DNA from: Desulfobacterales bacterium
GTDB lineage: Bacteria; Desulfobacterota; Desulfobacteria; Desulfobacterales; JAFDCJ01
Assembly (NCBI GenBank): GCA_030066155.1
Contig: JASJCE010000003.1
Span: forward strand, 3,258 to 67,257
Length of the DNA: 64,000 bases
Reading direction: 5' to 3'
Shown: one piece after another, positions 29,611-38,578 of the stretch
Numbering within the stretch: the stretch's first letter is position 1
Layout of the letters: the number at the start of each line of letters is the position of its first letter
Notes under the pieces: generated by a model
Told to the model about the DNA's origin: nothing
The model's database searches: none
The model's input: only the letters and a program-made list of their open reading frames with translations
Translations under genes and position numbers: made by a program

Positions 29611-31011
29611 TTACTTTCCTGATTTTGTGACGTGCAAAAACATTTGACTGCCGGTGTCTTCAAATAATATTTTTGATTTTGCTGATTGGGCATTTCTCAG
29701 CAGGTCGATAAAATCATGCTCCGTTCGATAGTACAAAACCCAATCCAGCCAGTATTCCATGTAGTAACGGCTGGCGTTCGAAATATGGAAATTACCGATG
29801 GCCATTTCTCCGCCAATATTCAATATCTGATACAACTTGCCCATCACGGCTTTTGCAACCGGCGGGGTCAGGTAGTCAAAAAGTCCCATTGAGTAGATAT
29901 AATCGAAATTCCCCCACCGCTTGCTGAGTTCGGCAGTTTTGAGCAACGTCCGGACTGATTCATTCAGGTAGTCAGCTTCCACCTCTGCGCCCAGTTTCTT
30001 TTCGATTCCCGCGATCTGGTTCCTGGCTTCATCCAGGGCATTTTCATCCTGATCAAGCAATGTAAAATGGAAACGGGCACAGTCTTCCGTCGATGTGATG
30101 ACATCCTGCAGTTCGAATGCAGGGCCGCAGGCCACGGATAAGATTTTTATTTTTTGACCGTTGCCCTTAAGTTTTCGGGCCTTCAGCTCGCCCAGTATTT
30201 TGGCAATCAAATCTCTTCTATTTCGTACGGCCTGAGCCGCCGGGTGTTCAATGGGATGCTTGTGCATCAGCTTACCGAACGTCGAGTCGCCCTCAAACTT
30301 ATCGTTATAGATCATCTTCATCATGATGGAGTCACCGCTATAGCCCCGCGGTTTTAGATTCGTTCGCGTCATAAACGGTGAACACATCAAAAAACTCCAG
30401 AGCTGTCTGCGGAAGTAATAGCCATGGCGTTCGTGTTCTTTTCTGGAGAAATCGATGATGACATTTTCAAATTCATCCAATTTTTGATCCAGAAATTTCA
30501 TAAATTTTCGGCCTTCGGTCTCAATTAACGCGGCCTGAACATGCTTTTTGATTTCTTCCGTCTCCCCAGCATATCTGGCGTCCAGGGTGTCAAACAGGTT
30601 TTTATAAACATTCAAATCATATGTAAGATTGGCGGTATATTCCTTGAATGACGGATTGATTTTATCTTTGTGCGATAAAATGAGCGGCAGATGAAAAAAC
30701 TCCGCCTGCAATTTTTCAAGCTTGTTCTCAAAGAAGAGACTGTTCAGATCATAAACATCCCGGGAAAAGACGAGGCGTCCCCTGTACCCGTCGTCATCGG
30801 TTTCGGGCATAAACTGGCAGGGGCCGATTTCGACCTGGTTATCATTTTTCTCGAAAACAAGTTTTCGAAAGGTCGTTTCCTGGTCGGTTTCATAACCGTT
30901 GAGGAACCGAACTGATAAAGAGAACCGGGAGGCGTATTTTGCTTCAACAGGTATTTTATCTTTCCCGTACCAGAGATGCGCCATTATTTTAGTGGGCTCT
31001 CGATTTATCAT
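29611..31011 (-). CDS. PhcB-like SAM-dependent methyltransferase (candidate signal synthase)
   Basis: 466 aa; SPFMTRTNLKPRGYSGD, AVRNR, SVACGPAFE, YSMGLFDYL, MEYWLDWVLYYR, EDTG, collinear with Ralstonia PhcB as I recall it. Confidence 0.8.
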   Translation of the reverse strand: MINREPTKIMAHLWYGKDKIPVEAKYASRFSLSVRFLNGYETDQETTFRKLVFEKNDNQVEIGPCQFMPETDDDGYRGRLVFSRDVYDLNSLFFENKLEKLQAEFFHLPLILSHKDKINPSFKEYTANLTYDLNVYKNLFDTLDARYAGETEEIKKHVQAALIETEGRKFMKFLDQKLDEFENVIIDFSRKEHERHGYYFRRQLWSFLMCSPFMTRTNLKPRGYSGDSIMMKMIYNDKFEGDSTFGKLMHKHPIEHPAAQAVRNRRDLIAKILGELKARKLKGNGQKIKILSVACGPAFELQDVITSTEDCARFHFTLLDQDENALDEARNQIAGIEKKLGAEVEADYLNESVRTLLKTAELSKRWGNFDYIYSMGLFDYLTPPVAKAVMGKLYQILNIGGEMAIGNFHISNASRYYMEYWLDWVLYYRTEHDFIDLLRNAQSAKSKILFEDTGSQMFLHVTKSGK

Positions 31012-31013
31012 GT

Positions 31014-31385
31014 TTATAACCCTTTAATCTCGAGTCGATTATCATCAGTTCTGAACACCTCTAGTGCCGAAAAATTAAGCTCCTGCCATTTCAGCGATTT
31101 TCGGTAAAGAATGGTTATTTTTGTCATCCCTTTTTTGGCTCTGTCCAAAATTTTAATGATGGGTGTTATGGTCGATGAATTCATATAGGACAGGTGCTGA
31201 AAGTCCATGGTGATGCGTTTATTCATCGTTGCGGCCATTTGCAGAACCATTACCAGAATCGGCGATATGAATTTACTGGGTTCCCGGTCAATGCTTTTTC
31301 CATCCCATTTCACATCAATGGACGTCTGATTTTCAACTACCTCGATCGACAAATCTTTGTTGGTGTATTTTTCCGGTGTCATCAT
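31014..31385 (-). CDS. SiaC / DUF1987-like phospho-switch protein
   Basis: W.GKSIDREP..F..P, MDFQHLSYMNSST (SiaC LxYxNTSS-type motif). Confidence 0.75.
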   Translation of the reverse strand: MMTPEKYTNKDLSIEVVENQTSIDVKWDGKSIDREPSKFISPILVMVLQMAATMNKRITMDFQHLSYMNSSTITPIIKILDRAKKGMTKITILYRKSLKWQELNFSALEVFRTDDNRLEIKGL

Positions 31386-31387
31386 AA

Positions 31388-31891
31388 TTAAATCCTATCT
31401 TCTCCATCGATATTTGAAACAACAGATACATTCAGCAAGTTATCATCACCGACAAAAAAATCTAAGAGGGCCTTGCCTTCGTATGCAATTCTGACCAGAC
31501 CAATTCCACTCTCCTGATCATTGAGTGGCTTTCTGGAGACTTCCTTTATCCGCTGGATATAAGCTTCAAATGGATCCTGGTAGCCCCGAATCCATTGAAT
31601 CGTTTTGTCCAGACGTGACAGGTGCTCAAACGCGCTCTCATCAACCGGATTAATAACTTCTATGGTAACGGTATTCCGTTCGATATTGATGATGACGATC
31701 ACCTGATTTTCAACCATTTTGAAGTTGCCATATTTTATGCCATTTTCGATCAGTTCGCTGATTATCATCGATAGCGAATGAATCGTATCGTCTGACAGCT
31801 CATGCGCCTGCAAGAATTCGGCACTTTCGTTCCTTATTTTTTCAATTTCATCCCAATCGGGGGCTACTTTAAATTCGATCGATTTCATCAT
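31388..31891 (-). CDS. SiaB/RsbW-like Ser/Thr kinase (HATPase_c)
   Basis: ISELIENGIKYG (N-box), SGIGLVRI (G2 box); no His-kinase domain. Confidence 0.8.
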   Translation of the reverse strand: MMKSIEFKVAPDWDEIEKIRNESAEFLQAHELSDDTIHSLSMIISELIENGIKYGNFKMVENQVIVIINIERNTVTIEVINPVDESAFEHLSRLDKTIQWIRGYQDPFEAYIQRIKEVSRKPLNDQESGIGLVRIAYEGKALLDFFVGDDNLLNVSVVSNIDGEDRI

Positions 31892-31951
31892 TGCTAATCC
31901 GGTCTCCTTGTTACGCTTCTAATTATTAGAAATGTATTTTGTCTGCCTTGA

Positions 31952-31967
31952 TGCATTTTACATGCCA
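31952..31967 (-). promoter_or_regulatory. Putative sigma54 promoter of the kinase-siaC-phcB-PP2C operon
   Basis: TGGCATGTAAAATGCA, 60 bp upstream of the ATG, followed upstream by an AT-rich (IHF-like) tract. Confidence 0.7.
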
Positions 31968-32081
31968 AAAATCAAAAATTTTTATCTATGGTAATATAAA
32001 TAGTATTTTTAATTGCTTATGGAGAATTAACGAAAAAAGCAGGATGGTAATGTCTTCAGGGAAATCGGCACTGGGCTTGAG

Positions 32082-32176
32082 AATATTGTCAGCCATCACC
32101 TCGAATAGGAGATAACTGAATAATTACAACGGCTTGGCGGCGTGACCATATTGACATAACATTAAGAATATTGTCA
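32082..32176. promoter_or_regulatory. Candidate enhancer sites (AATATTGTCA direct and inverted copies)
   Basis: AATATTGTCAG at 32082; TGACCATATT-N14-AATATTGTCA inverted repeat at 32143-32176. Confidence 0.55.
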
Positions 32177-32190
32177 TGGGCGGGACAATT

Positions 32191-32218
32191 TTAAGCTTTT
32201 AAGCAAAGCTGCCGATAA
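32191..32218 (+). promoter_or_regulatory. Putative sigma28 (FliA) promoter
   Basis: TTAAG-N15-GCCGATAA (perfect -10 element), 47 bp upstream of ATG 32266. Confidence 0.7.
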
Positions 32219-32265
32219 TATTTAAGATCTGGAACCATCCATTTACGAGGACGATCTAAAATACG

Positions 32266-35181
32266 ATGGCAATTCTATCAATAGACAACATTAGCTTAAA
32301 CATCCTTACGTTATCTTTTCCGGCGGAGATTGAGCAAGAGTACAAAGAAGACTTTTTTAACAAGTCCCTGAAACATGTACGAGTTGCCATGCTGCTGGCA
32401 ATCGCTTTTTTTGCCGTGTTCGGGATACTGGATTCCTGGCTCGTTCCCGATGCCAAAGAGCTGCTGTGGTTTATTCGCTACGCCATTTACTGTCCTTCAG
32501 TTCTGTTTTTATATCTGTTTTCTTTCTCCAAACACTTTAAACCCTATATGCAATTGTGTATTGCGCTGTCGGTTTTGCTCGCCGGCTTGTCAATCATCGC
32601 TATGATTCTCATCGCGCCGACGGCGGGCTTTTATTCATATTATGCCGGATTGATCCTCGTTTTCATATACGGGTACACGTTTTTCAAGCTCCAGTTCGTC
32701 TGGGCCACGGCAGTCGGCTGGATGATTGTGTTGTTTTATGAAATCGCTGCTATGGGGCTGGTCTACACGCCGGTACCCATCCTTATCAACAACAATTTTT
32801 TCTTTCTAACGGGGAATCTGTTTGGCATGTTTGCCTGTTATTCAATTGATTTGTATTCGCGCAGGGATTTCCTGCAGGCCCGCATAATTGAAGACGAAAA
32901 GCGAAAGGTACACCAGGCCAACCAGCAATTGGGGGATCGGGTCGAAAAGCGGACCGCGATGCTGCTGCAGGTCAATAAAACGTTGAAACAGGAGGTTGTC
33001 GATCGAAAGCGGGCCGAAGATTACTTGCGCGAAAGCGAGGAAAAGTATCGGAACATATTGGAAAATATGGAGGAGGGCTATTACGAAGTCGATCTATCCG
33101 GGAACCTGACCTTCTTTAATGATGCCTTGATGAAAATAACCGGATACGCTCGGGATAAGCTGTTAGGCACAAATTATCGCAAGTTTACCGATCCCAAAGA
33201 TGCCAGCAAAGTGTTTAGAGCATTCAACAATGTTTACATATCGCAAAAACCATCCAGAGAATTTGAATGGAAAATCATAAATGGCAATCGGGAGCAACGG
33301 CATCTGGACGCATCCGTGTCATTGATGAAAAGCCTGGAAGGCCTGCCGATTGGATTTCGAGGCATCGTGCGGGACGTCACCGAGCGCAAACGTGCAAATG
33401 AGGAAATTCACAAACTAAATGAAGAACTCGAGCAACGAGTTGCCGAGCGAACCGACCAACTTGAAACAGCCAAAACAGAGCTTGAGATTGCCATTGAGCG
33501 GGCCAACAAATTGGCCCACGAGGCCGATTCAGCCAACAAGGCCAAAAGCGAATTTTTAGCCAACATGAGTCATGAAATTCGCACGCCTCTGAACGGAATT
33601 ATCGGGATGGCGGAATTGGCTTTTGAAACTGCCGCTGACAATAACCAGCGAGAACTTTTCGGTACACTTTGTACCGAGGGCAGTGCCTTATTGGGCATCA
33701 TAAATGATATTTTGGATTTTTCCAAGATTGAAGCCGGTATGTTGGAGCTCGAAAAAACCGCATTTAACCTGGAAATCATCATTGCGGATATTGCCAGGGG
33801 TATAGGGCTGAGAGCTTCACAGAAAAATTTAACGTTCGACGCCTCCATTTCTGCCAATGTGCCGACCGCCTTAATCGGTGATCAATGGCGGCTCAGACAA
33901 ATCCTGACCAATCTTATCGACAATGCGTTGAAATTCACCGATAAGGGCTCGATTGACCTTGCCGTTGATAACCATGAAGATTTGGAGGACCGGGTCAAAC
34001 TGCTGTTCACCATATCGGATACTGGAATTGGCATATCAAGGGAAAAATTATCCGCTATTTTCAGAGGATTTACCCAGGCCGATGGATCGACAACCAGAAA
34101 ATATGGCGGCACCGGCCTGGGAACCACCATATCAAAGCAATTAACTGAGCTTATGGGGGGTGAAATTGGCGCTGAAAGCAAAGAGGGCCAAGGTAGCCGG
34201 TTCTGGTTTACCGCAACTTTTCACAAACAGACATACCGGTATGCGGAAGGGATGCGTGACAGTCTGTGTGAATTAAATTTGAATCCGCCCGGCCAGCCCG
34301 ATTGGCTCAGTCGGCCAAGAGTTCCAACCGGTGTTGCTGAGAACGCAGAATACGCGTCAATGGGTCGTATCCTCCTGGTCGAGGACTACGCTACCAACCA
34401 ACAGGTCGTATTGCGACACCTGGGTCGCACCGGATATATCGTCGATCTTGCTGAAAACGGCCGGATCGCGGTGGATTCTTTTAGAAAGAATCACTACGAT
34501 TTGATTTTGATGGATATTCAAATGCCGGTAATGGATGGTTTTCAGGCGACTCAAACCATTCGGGGAATCGAGAAAGAATACGGTCAGATAAGCCCCGACA
34601 ATCAAACGCAGATCAAGCAGCGTGTTCCCATAATAGCAATGACCGCTCACGCCACAAAAGGGGACAAGGAAAAATGTCTGCAAGCCGGAATGGACGACTA
34701 TCTTGCCAAGCCGCTTCGGCGAAAGGCGCTTCTAAATACCGTCGGAAAGTGGATGACCAGAGCAATTGAAGCAAATCAAATCTCAGAGCTCGCGCCGCCA
34801 ATAAATGACAGCTCGGCAATGGCGGCGCCTATAAATGTTGAGCAGGCGCGCCGGGAATTTGATGGCGACGAGGAATTCTTGAAGGATGTTCTGAACGGAT
34901 TTTTCAAAAACGCCGGAGCTCAGATTCAAAAAATAACCCAGGCCATTTCAAATGGCGATGCTGAACAAGTGTGGAAAGAAGCCCACTCAATCAAGGGTGG
35001 CGCCGCGAATTTAACGGCGGAGATGCTTTCCCGTACCGCATTAGATCTGGAGACCATGGGAAAATCCGAAAATCTGGCCGGCTGTGTCGATGCGCTTGCC
35101 CGGTTGAAAACCGAATATGAGCGATTGAAGACCTATGCCAGTCGGAATTTCCAATGTGATAAAAGAGAGAATCTGCAATGA
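32266..35181 (+). CDS. Hybrid sensor kinase: PhcS-like TM input-PAS-HisKA-HATPase-REC-Hpt
   Basis: Input domain paralogous to 26205-28175; FLANMSHEIRTPL; TRKYGGTGLG; LMDIQMP; AHSIKG Hpt. Confidence 0.95.
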   Translation: MAILSIDNISLNILTLSFPAEIEQEYKEDFFNKSLKHVRVAMLLAIAFFAVFGILDSWLVPDAKELLWFIRYAIYCPSVLFLYLFSFSKHFKPYMQLCIALSVLLAGLSIIAMILIAPTAGFYSYYAGLILVFIYGYTFFKLQFVWATAVGWMIVLFYEIAAMGLVYTPVPILINNNFFFLTGNLFGMFACYSIDLYSRRDFLQARIIEDEKRKVHQANQQLGDRVEKRTAMLLQVNKTLKQEVVDRKRAEDYLRESEEKYRNILENMEEGYYEVDLSGNLTFFNDALMKITGYARDKLLGTNYRKFTDPKDASKVFRAFNNVYISQKPSREFEWKIINGNREQRHLDASVSLMKSLEGLPIGFRGIVRDVTERKRANEEIHKLNEELEQRVAERTDQLETAKTELEIAIERANKLAHEADSANKAKSEFLANMSHEIRTPLNGIIGMAELAFETAADNNQRELFGTLCTEGSALLGIINDILDFSKIEAGMLELEKTAFNLEIIIADIARGIGLRASQKNLTFDASISANVPTALIGDQWRLRQILTNLIDNALKFTDKGSIDLAVDNHEDLEDRVKLLFTISDTGIGISREKLSAIFRGFTQADGSTTRKYGGTGLGTTISKQLTELMGGEIGAESKEGQGSRFWFTATFHKQTYRYAEGMRDSLCELNLNPPGQPDWLSRPRVPTGVAENAEYASMGRILLVEDYATNQQVVLRHLGRTGYIVDLAENGRIAVDSFRKNHYDLILMDIQMPVMDGFQATQTIRGIEKEYGQISPDNQTQIKQRVPIIAMTAHATKGDKEKCLQAGMDDYLAKPLRRKALLNTVGKWMTRAIEANQISELAPPINDSSAMAAPINVEQARREFDGDEEFLKDVLNGFFKNAGAQIQKITQAISNGDAEQVWKEAHSIKGGAANLTAEMLSRTALDLETMGKSENLAGCVDALARLKTEYERLKTYASRNFQCDKRENLQ

Positions 35182-36179
35182 AAATTCTGATCGCTGATGA
35201 TGAACTCGTAAGCCGCAAAAAAATGGAACGGCTCATCAATAGCCTCGGGCACGAAACCCTTGCTGCGGCTGATGGTCGTGAGGCATGGGGTATTTGGAAT
35301 GATGCGCGGACCCGGATGGTTATCACCGATTGGATGATGCCTGGCATGGATGGTTTGGAGTTTTGCCGAAAAATAAGGAGTGCTGAAGGAAGCCAATACA
35401 CTTATATCATCATGGTAACATCCAAATCCAACATTCAGGACATCGTTACCGGTATTGATGGCGGAGCTGACGATTTCATCTCGAAACCATTTGTAAAAGA
35501 GGAATTGCTGGTACGAATCCGAGCCGGAGAAAGATTGCTGGGAATCGAGACCCGGGATATCGTTATATTCTCGATGGCGAAGCTGGCCGAATCCCGCGAT
35601 CCGGAAACCGGCTATCATCTGGAGCGGATACAATATTATTCAAAAACGCTGGCTGAAGCCATTGCCCGGTCGGAGAACCCGCCCGAGGAAATCGATCGCC
35701 TATTTATCGATAATATATTTCACACGAGCCCCTTGCATGACATCGGCAAGATCGGTACCCCTGATTATGTACTGCTCAAGCCCGGAAGGCTAGATGATAA
35801 TGAGTTTGAGATCATGAAACGCCATAGCCGGATTGGTTATGAAACGCTCAATGACGCACTAATTCGATACCCCAAAGCCGACTATTTGAAAATGAGTGCT
35901 GAAATCGCGCTCTCCCATCACGAAAAATACGATGGCAGCGGATATCCTGAAGGGCTCAAAGGGAATTCGATACCGCTTGCTGCGCGAATTGTTGCGCTGG
36001 CAGATGTCTACGATGCTCTGGTCAGCAAAAGAGTATATAAAAATGCCTATCGCCACGATATGGCCAAAGCCGTTATTCTGCAAGGCACCGGCTCCCATTT
36101 TGACCCGATGGTGATTGACGCTTTCTTGAACTGCGAGGAATCGTTCGTGGAAATTTCCGAGCGATTCAAAGAGAATTAG
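35178..36179 (+). CDS. REC-HD-GYP phosphodiesterase (RpfG family)
   Basis: REC; LHDIGK; HHEKYDGSGYP; ADVYDAL; 4-bp overlap with the kinase. Confidence 0.95.
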   Translation: MKILIADDELVSRKKMERLINSLGHETLAAADGREAWGIWNDARTRMVITDWMMPGMDGLEFCRKIRSAEGSQYTYIIMVTSKSNIQDIVTGIDGGADDFISKPFVKEELLVRIRAGERLLGIETRDIVIFSMAKLAESRDPETGYHLERIQYYSKTLAEAIARSENPPEEIDRLFIDNIFHTSPLHDIGKIGTPDYVLLKPGRLDDNEFEIMKRHSRIGYETLNDALIRYPKADYLKMSAEIALSHHEKYDGSGYPEGLKGNSIPLAARIVALADVYDALVSKRVYKNAYRHDMAKAVILQGTGSHFDPMVIDAFLNCEESFVEISERFKEN

Positions 36180-36285
36180 ATCTCCAGTTATTTTCTCTTT
36201 TTTGCCGAATAAGCAGGATAAAATTTTCTGACAGGCAGGTGTAAATTAATTGGGCAGTTGTAAAGACTAAATTTAAGCTTTGGTC

Positions 36286-36606
36286 TCATCCGCCGTTGTG
36301 CTTATCATTCTTTTCAACCAGTTTATTGATGGTCGCATTCAATGCCCGGATGGACATTTTGATCTCGTTTAATTGGCTGATGAGATTTTCACGTTCGCCG
36401 GAGCCGGCCTGGGGATTGGCAACTCCGCCGCCGATCTTGCGCGAAATATCATCCAGGCGAATGCCCAGAGTGACGATGAAATATAGCAACAGTAAAAACA
36501 TGAAGGTCTCAGCCCGCCAGTAGAGCATTTGCCACCCGACCAGCATGATGCCCAGAAATATAAGGCTGGTCCAGAAGTAGGGATGGTCCGATATCCAGTT
36601 TTTCAT
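36286..36606 (-). CDS. Small 2-TM membrane protein with C-terminal coiled coil
   Basis: ATGA overlap with the fadD stop; two hydrophobic helices. Confidence 0.7.
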   Translation of the reverse strand: MKNWISDHPYFWTSLIFLGIMLVGWQMLYWRAETFMFLLLLYFIVTLGIRLDDISRKIGGGVANPQAGSGERENLISQLNEIKMSIRALNATINKLVEKNDKHNGG

Positions 36607-38339
36607 TTAGCTTTTTCGTGCTCCTCGTCTCTCAGTACCCGGCGCAAGACTTTGCCGACATTCGAAACCGGCAACTCATCCCTGAACTCTACGATTTTGG
36701 GACGCTTGTACCCGGCCATGTTTTCCTTGCAAAATTCGATAATTTCCTGCTCGCTGGCCGATTCTCCTGCTTTCAACTGAACATAAGCTTTGACGGCTTC
36801 GCCGCCCTTGGCGTCTGGAACGCCGACCACGGCCGCCAGGGCGACTTTGGGGTGTTTAAACAGGATATCCTCCACATCCCGCGGGTAAACATTGAATCCG
36901 CCCACCAGCACCATATCCTTCTTGCGGTCGGTAATCAGAATATAACCGTCTTCATCGACATGGCCGATGTCCCCTGTCAAAAAATAGCGTTTTCCGTCTA
37001 CTTCACGGAACACTTTTTCATTTTCTTCCGGCCGATTCCAGTAGCCCTGCATGACCTGGGGACCGCAGATGGCAATCTCACCGTCTTCACCCTGGGGCAT
37101 TTCCTGGGCGCCGGTGTCTATATCCAGAACTTTGATATCCGTGCCGGGCATGGGAAAACCGATGGAGCCGATCTTGCGCTGGTCGGTGTTGGTTGGATTG
37201 GCACTGGCCACGGGAGCCGTTTCACTCAGTCCATAGCCTTCGAAGATCACCGCTCCCGTGCGTTCCTCGAATTGTCGGCAGACCTCAGGCGGCAGCGGTG
37301 CGCCGCCCGAGAAGCATCCCATCAGAGACGTCAAGTCATACTGCTCGACATGGGGATGGTTGGTAAACGCAACAAAAATGGTGGGCACTGCCGGCATGAC
37401 GGTCGGCTTATATTTCTGAACCGCCTGCAGAACGACGGTAAAGGGCGGTTTGCCGTCTCTCGGGTTGGGTATACAGACCAGCCTGCCCGCGTTGCCGCAG
37501 GCGGAAAGCATTGCCACGGTCAATCCAAAACTGTGATACCAGGGCAGAACACCCAGGTAGGTGTGGAAAGCCCTGCGAAATTTTTCCGATTTGCCCCCCG
37601 GCTCATGGACCAGGCGGCCCCATTCCCCGAGTGCTTCAATATCATAGGTAAAGTTGGTGTGCGTCAAAGCGGCGCCTTTCGGCACGCCGGTCGTTCCACC
37701 GGTGTATATGATCAGTGCCAGATCTTCCGCAGGATTGATGTCGACCGACGGTGGTTGCGGGCTGGCAGCTTTAACGATATCGTCGAAATACAGATGACCG
37801 GATTGGATCTCACCGGCTTTCGGAATTTTTCCAAGCAATCCGCCGAGGAAAGCTTTTATGGGCGGCAGGTAAGATTTTACACCGCAAACGACAACCGTTT
37901 CCACATTCGAGCCCTGGATCGCTTCGACAGTGGTCGGATAAAACTGGGGATGATCCATACAAAAAACCGCTTTGGCGCCGGCATCTTTAAGCTGATAATT
38001 TAATTCACTCGGCGTATACAACGGATTGCAGGTCACGCAAACGGCACCGGCTTTGAGAATGCCAAAAAATATGGCCGGATAGTGGGGCAGATTCGGCAAA
38101 AATACGGCGATCCGGTCCCCTTTACCGATGCCGCGCGATGCTAAAAAGTTGGCCACCCGATCGGCGGTATCTTTTACCTGAGCATAAGTTCGGGTCGCAT
38201 CGTTAAATATGGTGTAGACTTGGTTGGGATGTTCTTGGGCTGTAGTTTCCAGAAGGTTGTAAAGCGGGTAATTGTAATCGCCGACATCTTGGGGGACGCC
38301 CTCCGGCCAGTTGGAAGTGGGCCAGTTCGTTGCAGCCAT
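36603..38339 (-). CDS. fadD: Long-chain fatty acid-CoA ligase
   Basis: YTGGTTGVPKG, EGYGLSET, TGDIG, DRKKD, SNVGKVLRR. Confidence 0.92.
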   Translation of the reverse strand: MAATNWPTSNWPEGVPQDVGDYNYPLYNLLETTAQEHPNQVYTIFNDATRTYAQVKDTADRVANFLASRGIGKGDRIAVFLPNLPHYPAIFFGILKAGAVCVTCNPLYTPSELNYQLKDAGAKAVFCMDHPQFYPTTVEAIQGSNVETVVVCGVKSYLPPIKAFLGGLLGKIPKAGEIQSGHLYFDDIVKAASPQPPSVDINPAEDLALIIYTGGTTGVPKGAALTHTNFTYDIEALGEWGRLVHEPGGKSEKFRRAFHTYLGVLPWYHSFGLTVAMLSACGNAGRLVCIPNPRDGKPPFTVVLQAVQKYKPTVMPAVPTIFVAFTNHPHVEQYDLTSLMGCFSGGAPLPPEVCRQFEERTGAVIFEGYGLSETAPVASANPTNTDQRKIGSIGFPMPGTDIKVLDIDTGAQEMPQGEDGEIAICGPQVMQGYWNRPEENEKVFREVDGKRYFLTGDIGHVDEDGYILITDRKKDMVLVGGFNVYPRDVEDILFKHPKVALAAVVGVPDAKGGEAVKAYVQLKAGESASEQEIIEFCKENMAGYKRPKIVEFRDELPVSNVGKVLRRVLRDEEHEKAK

Positions 38340-38578
38340 GTCTACCTCCTTCTGCTAATAGTTAACGAGATTCGATTGGAGCGTGGAGCCAGGAAAAAGA
38401 CCGGTAATACAGCACTATATTGAAAAGCGAGGGAGGTGTCAAATAGGAAAGCAATAACTTGAGATTCTGGATAGAAGTTTGTTGAACTGCCGATGGCAAT
38501 TCAACTGCGACGACCTGTAGGGAATGGAGTATTGGAGTACTGGAATTAAAAGTAGTGGTGAAAATCCGATTTAAGCTT

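Noticed and set aside
36618-38003. Long antisense ORF of 461 aa (similarly 8997-9884, 4106-4726, 58423-59028)
   Set aside because: Shadow frames of well-supported genes on the opposite strand, with no recognisable motifs
36603-38339. fadD as an RpfB-like signal-turnover enzyme of the island
   Set aside because: It is convergent to the island and fadD paralogues are abundant in such organisms; adjacency alone is insufficient
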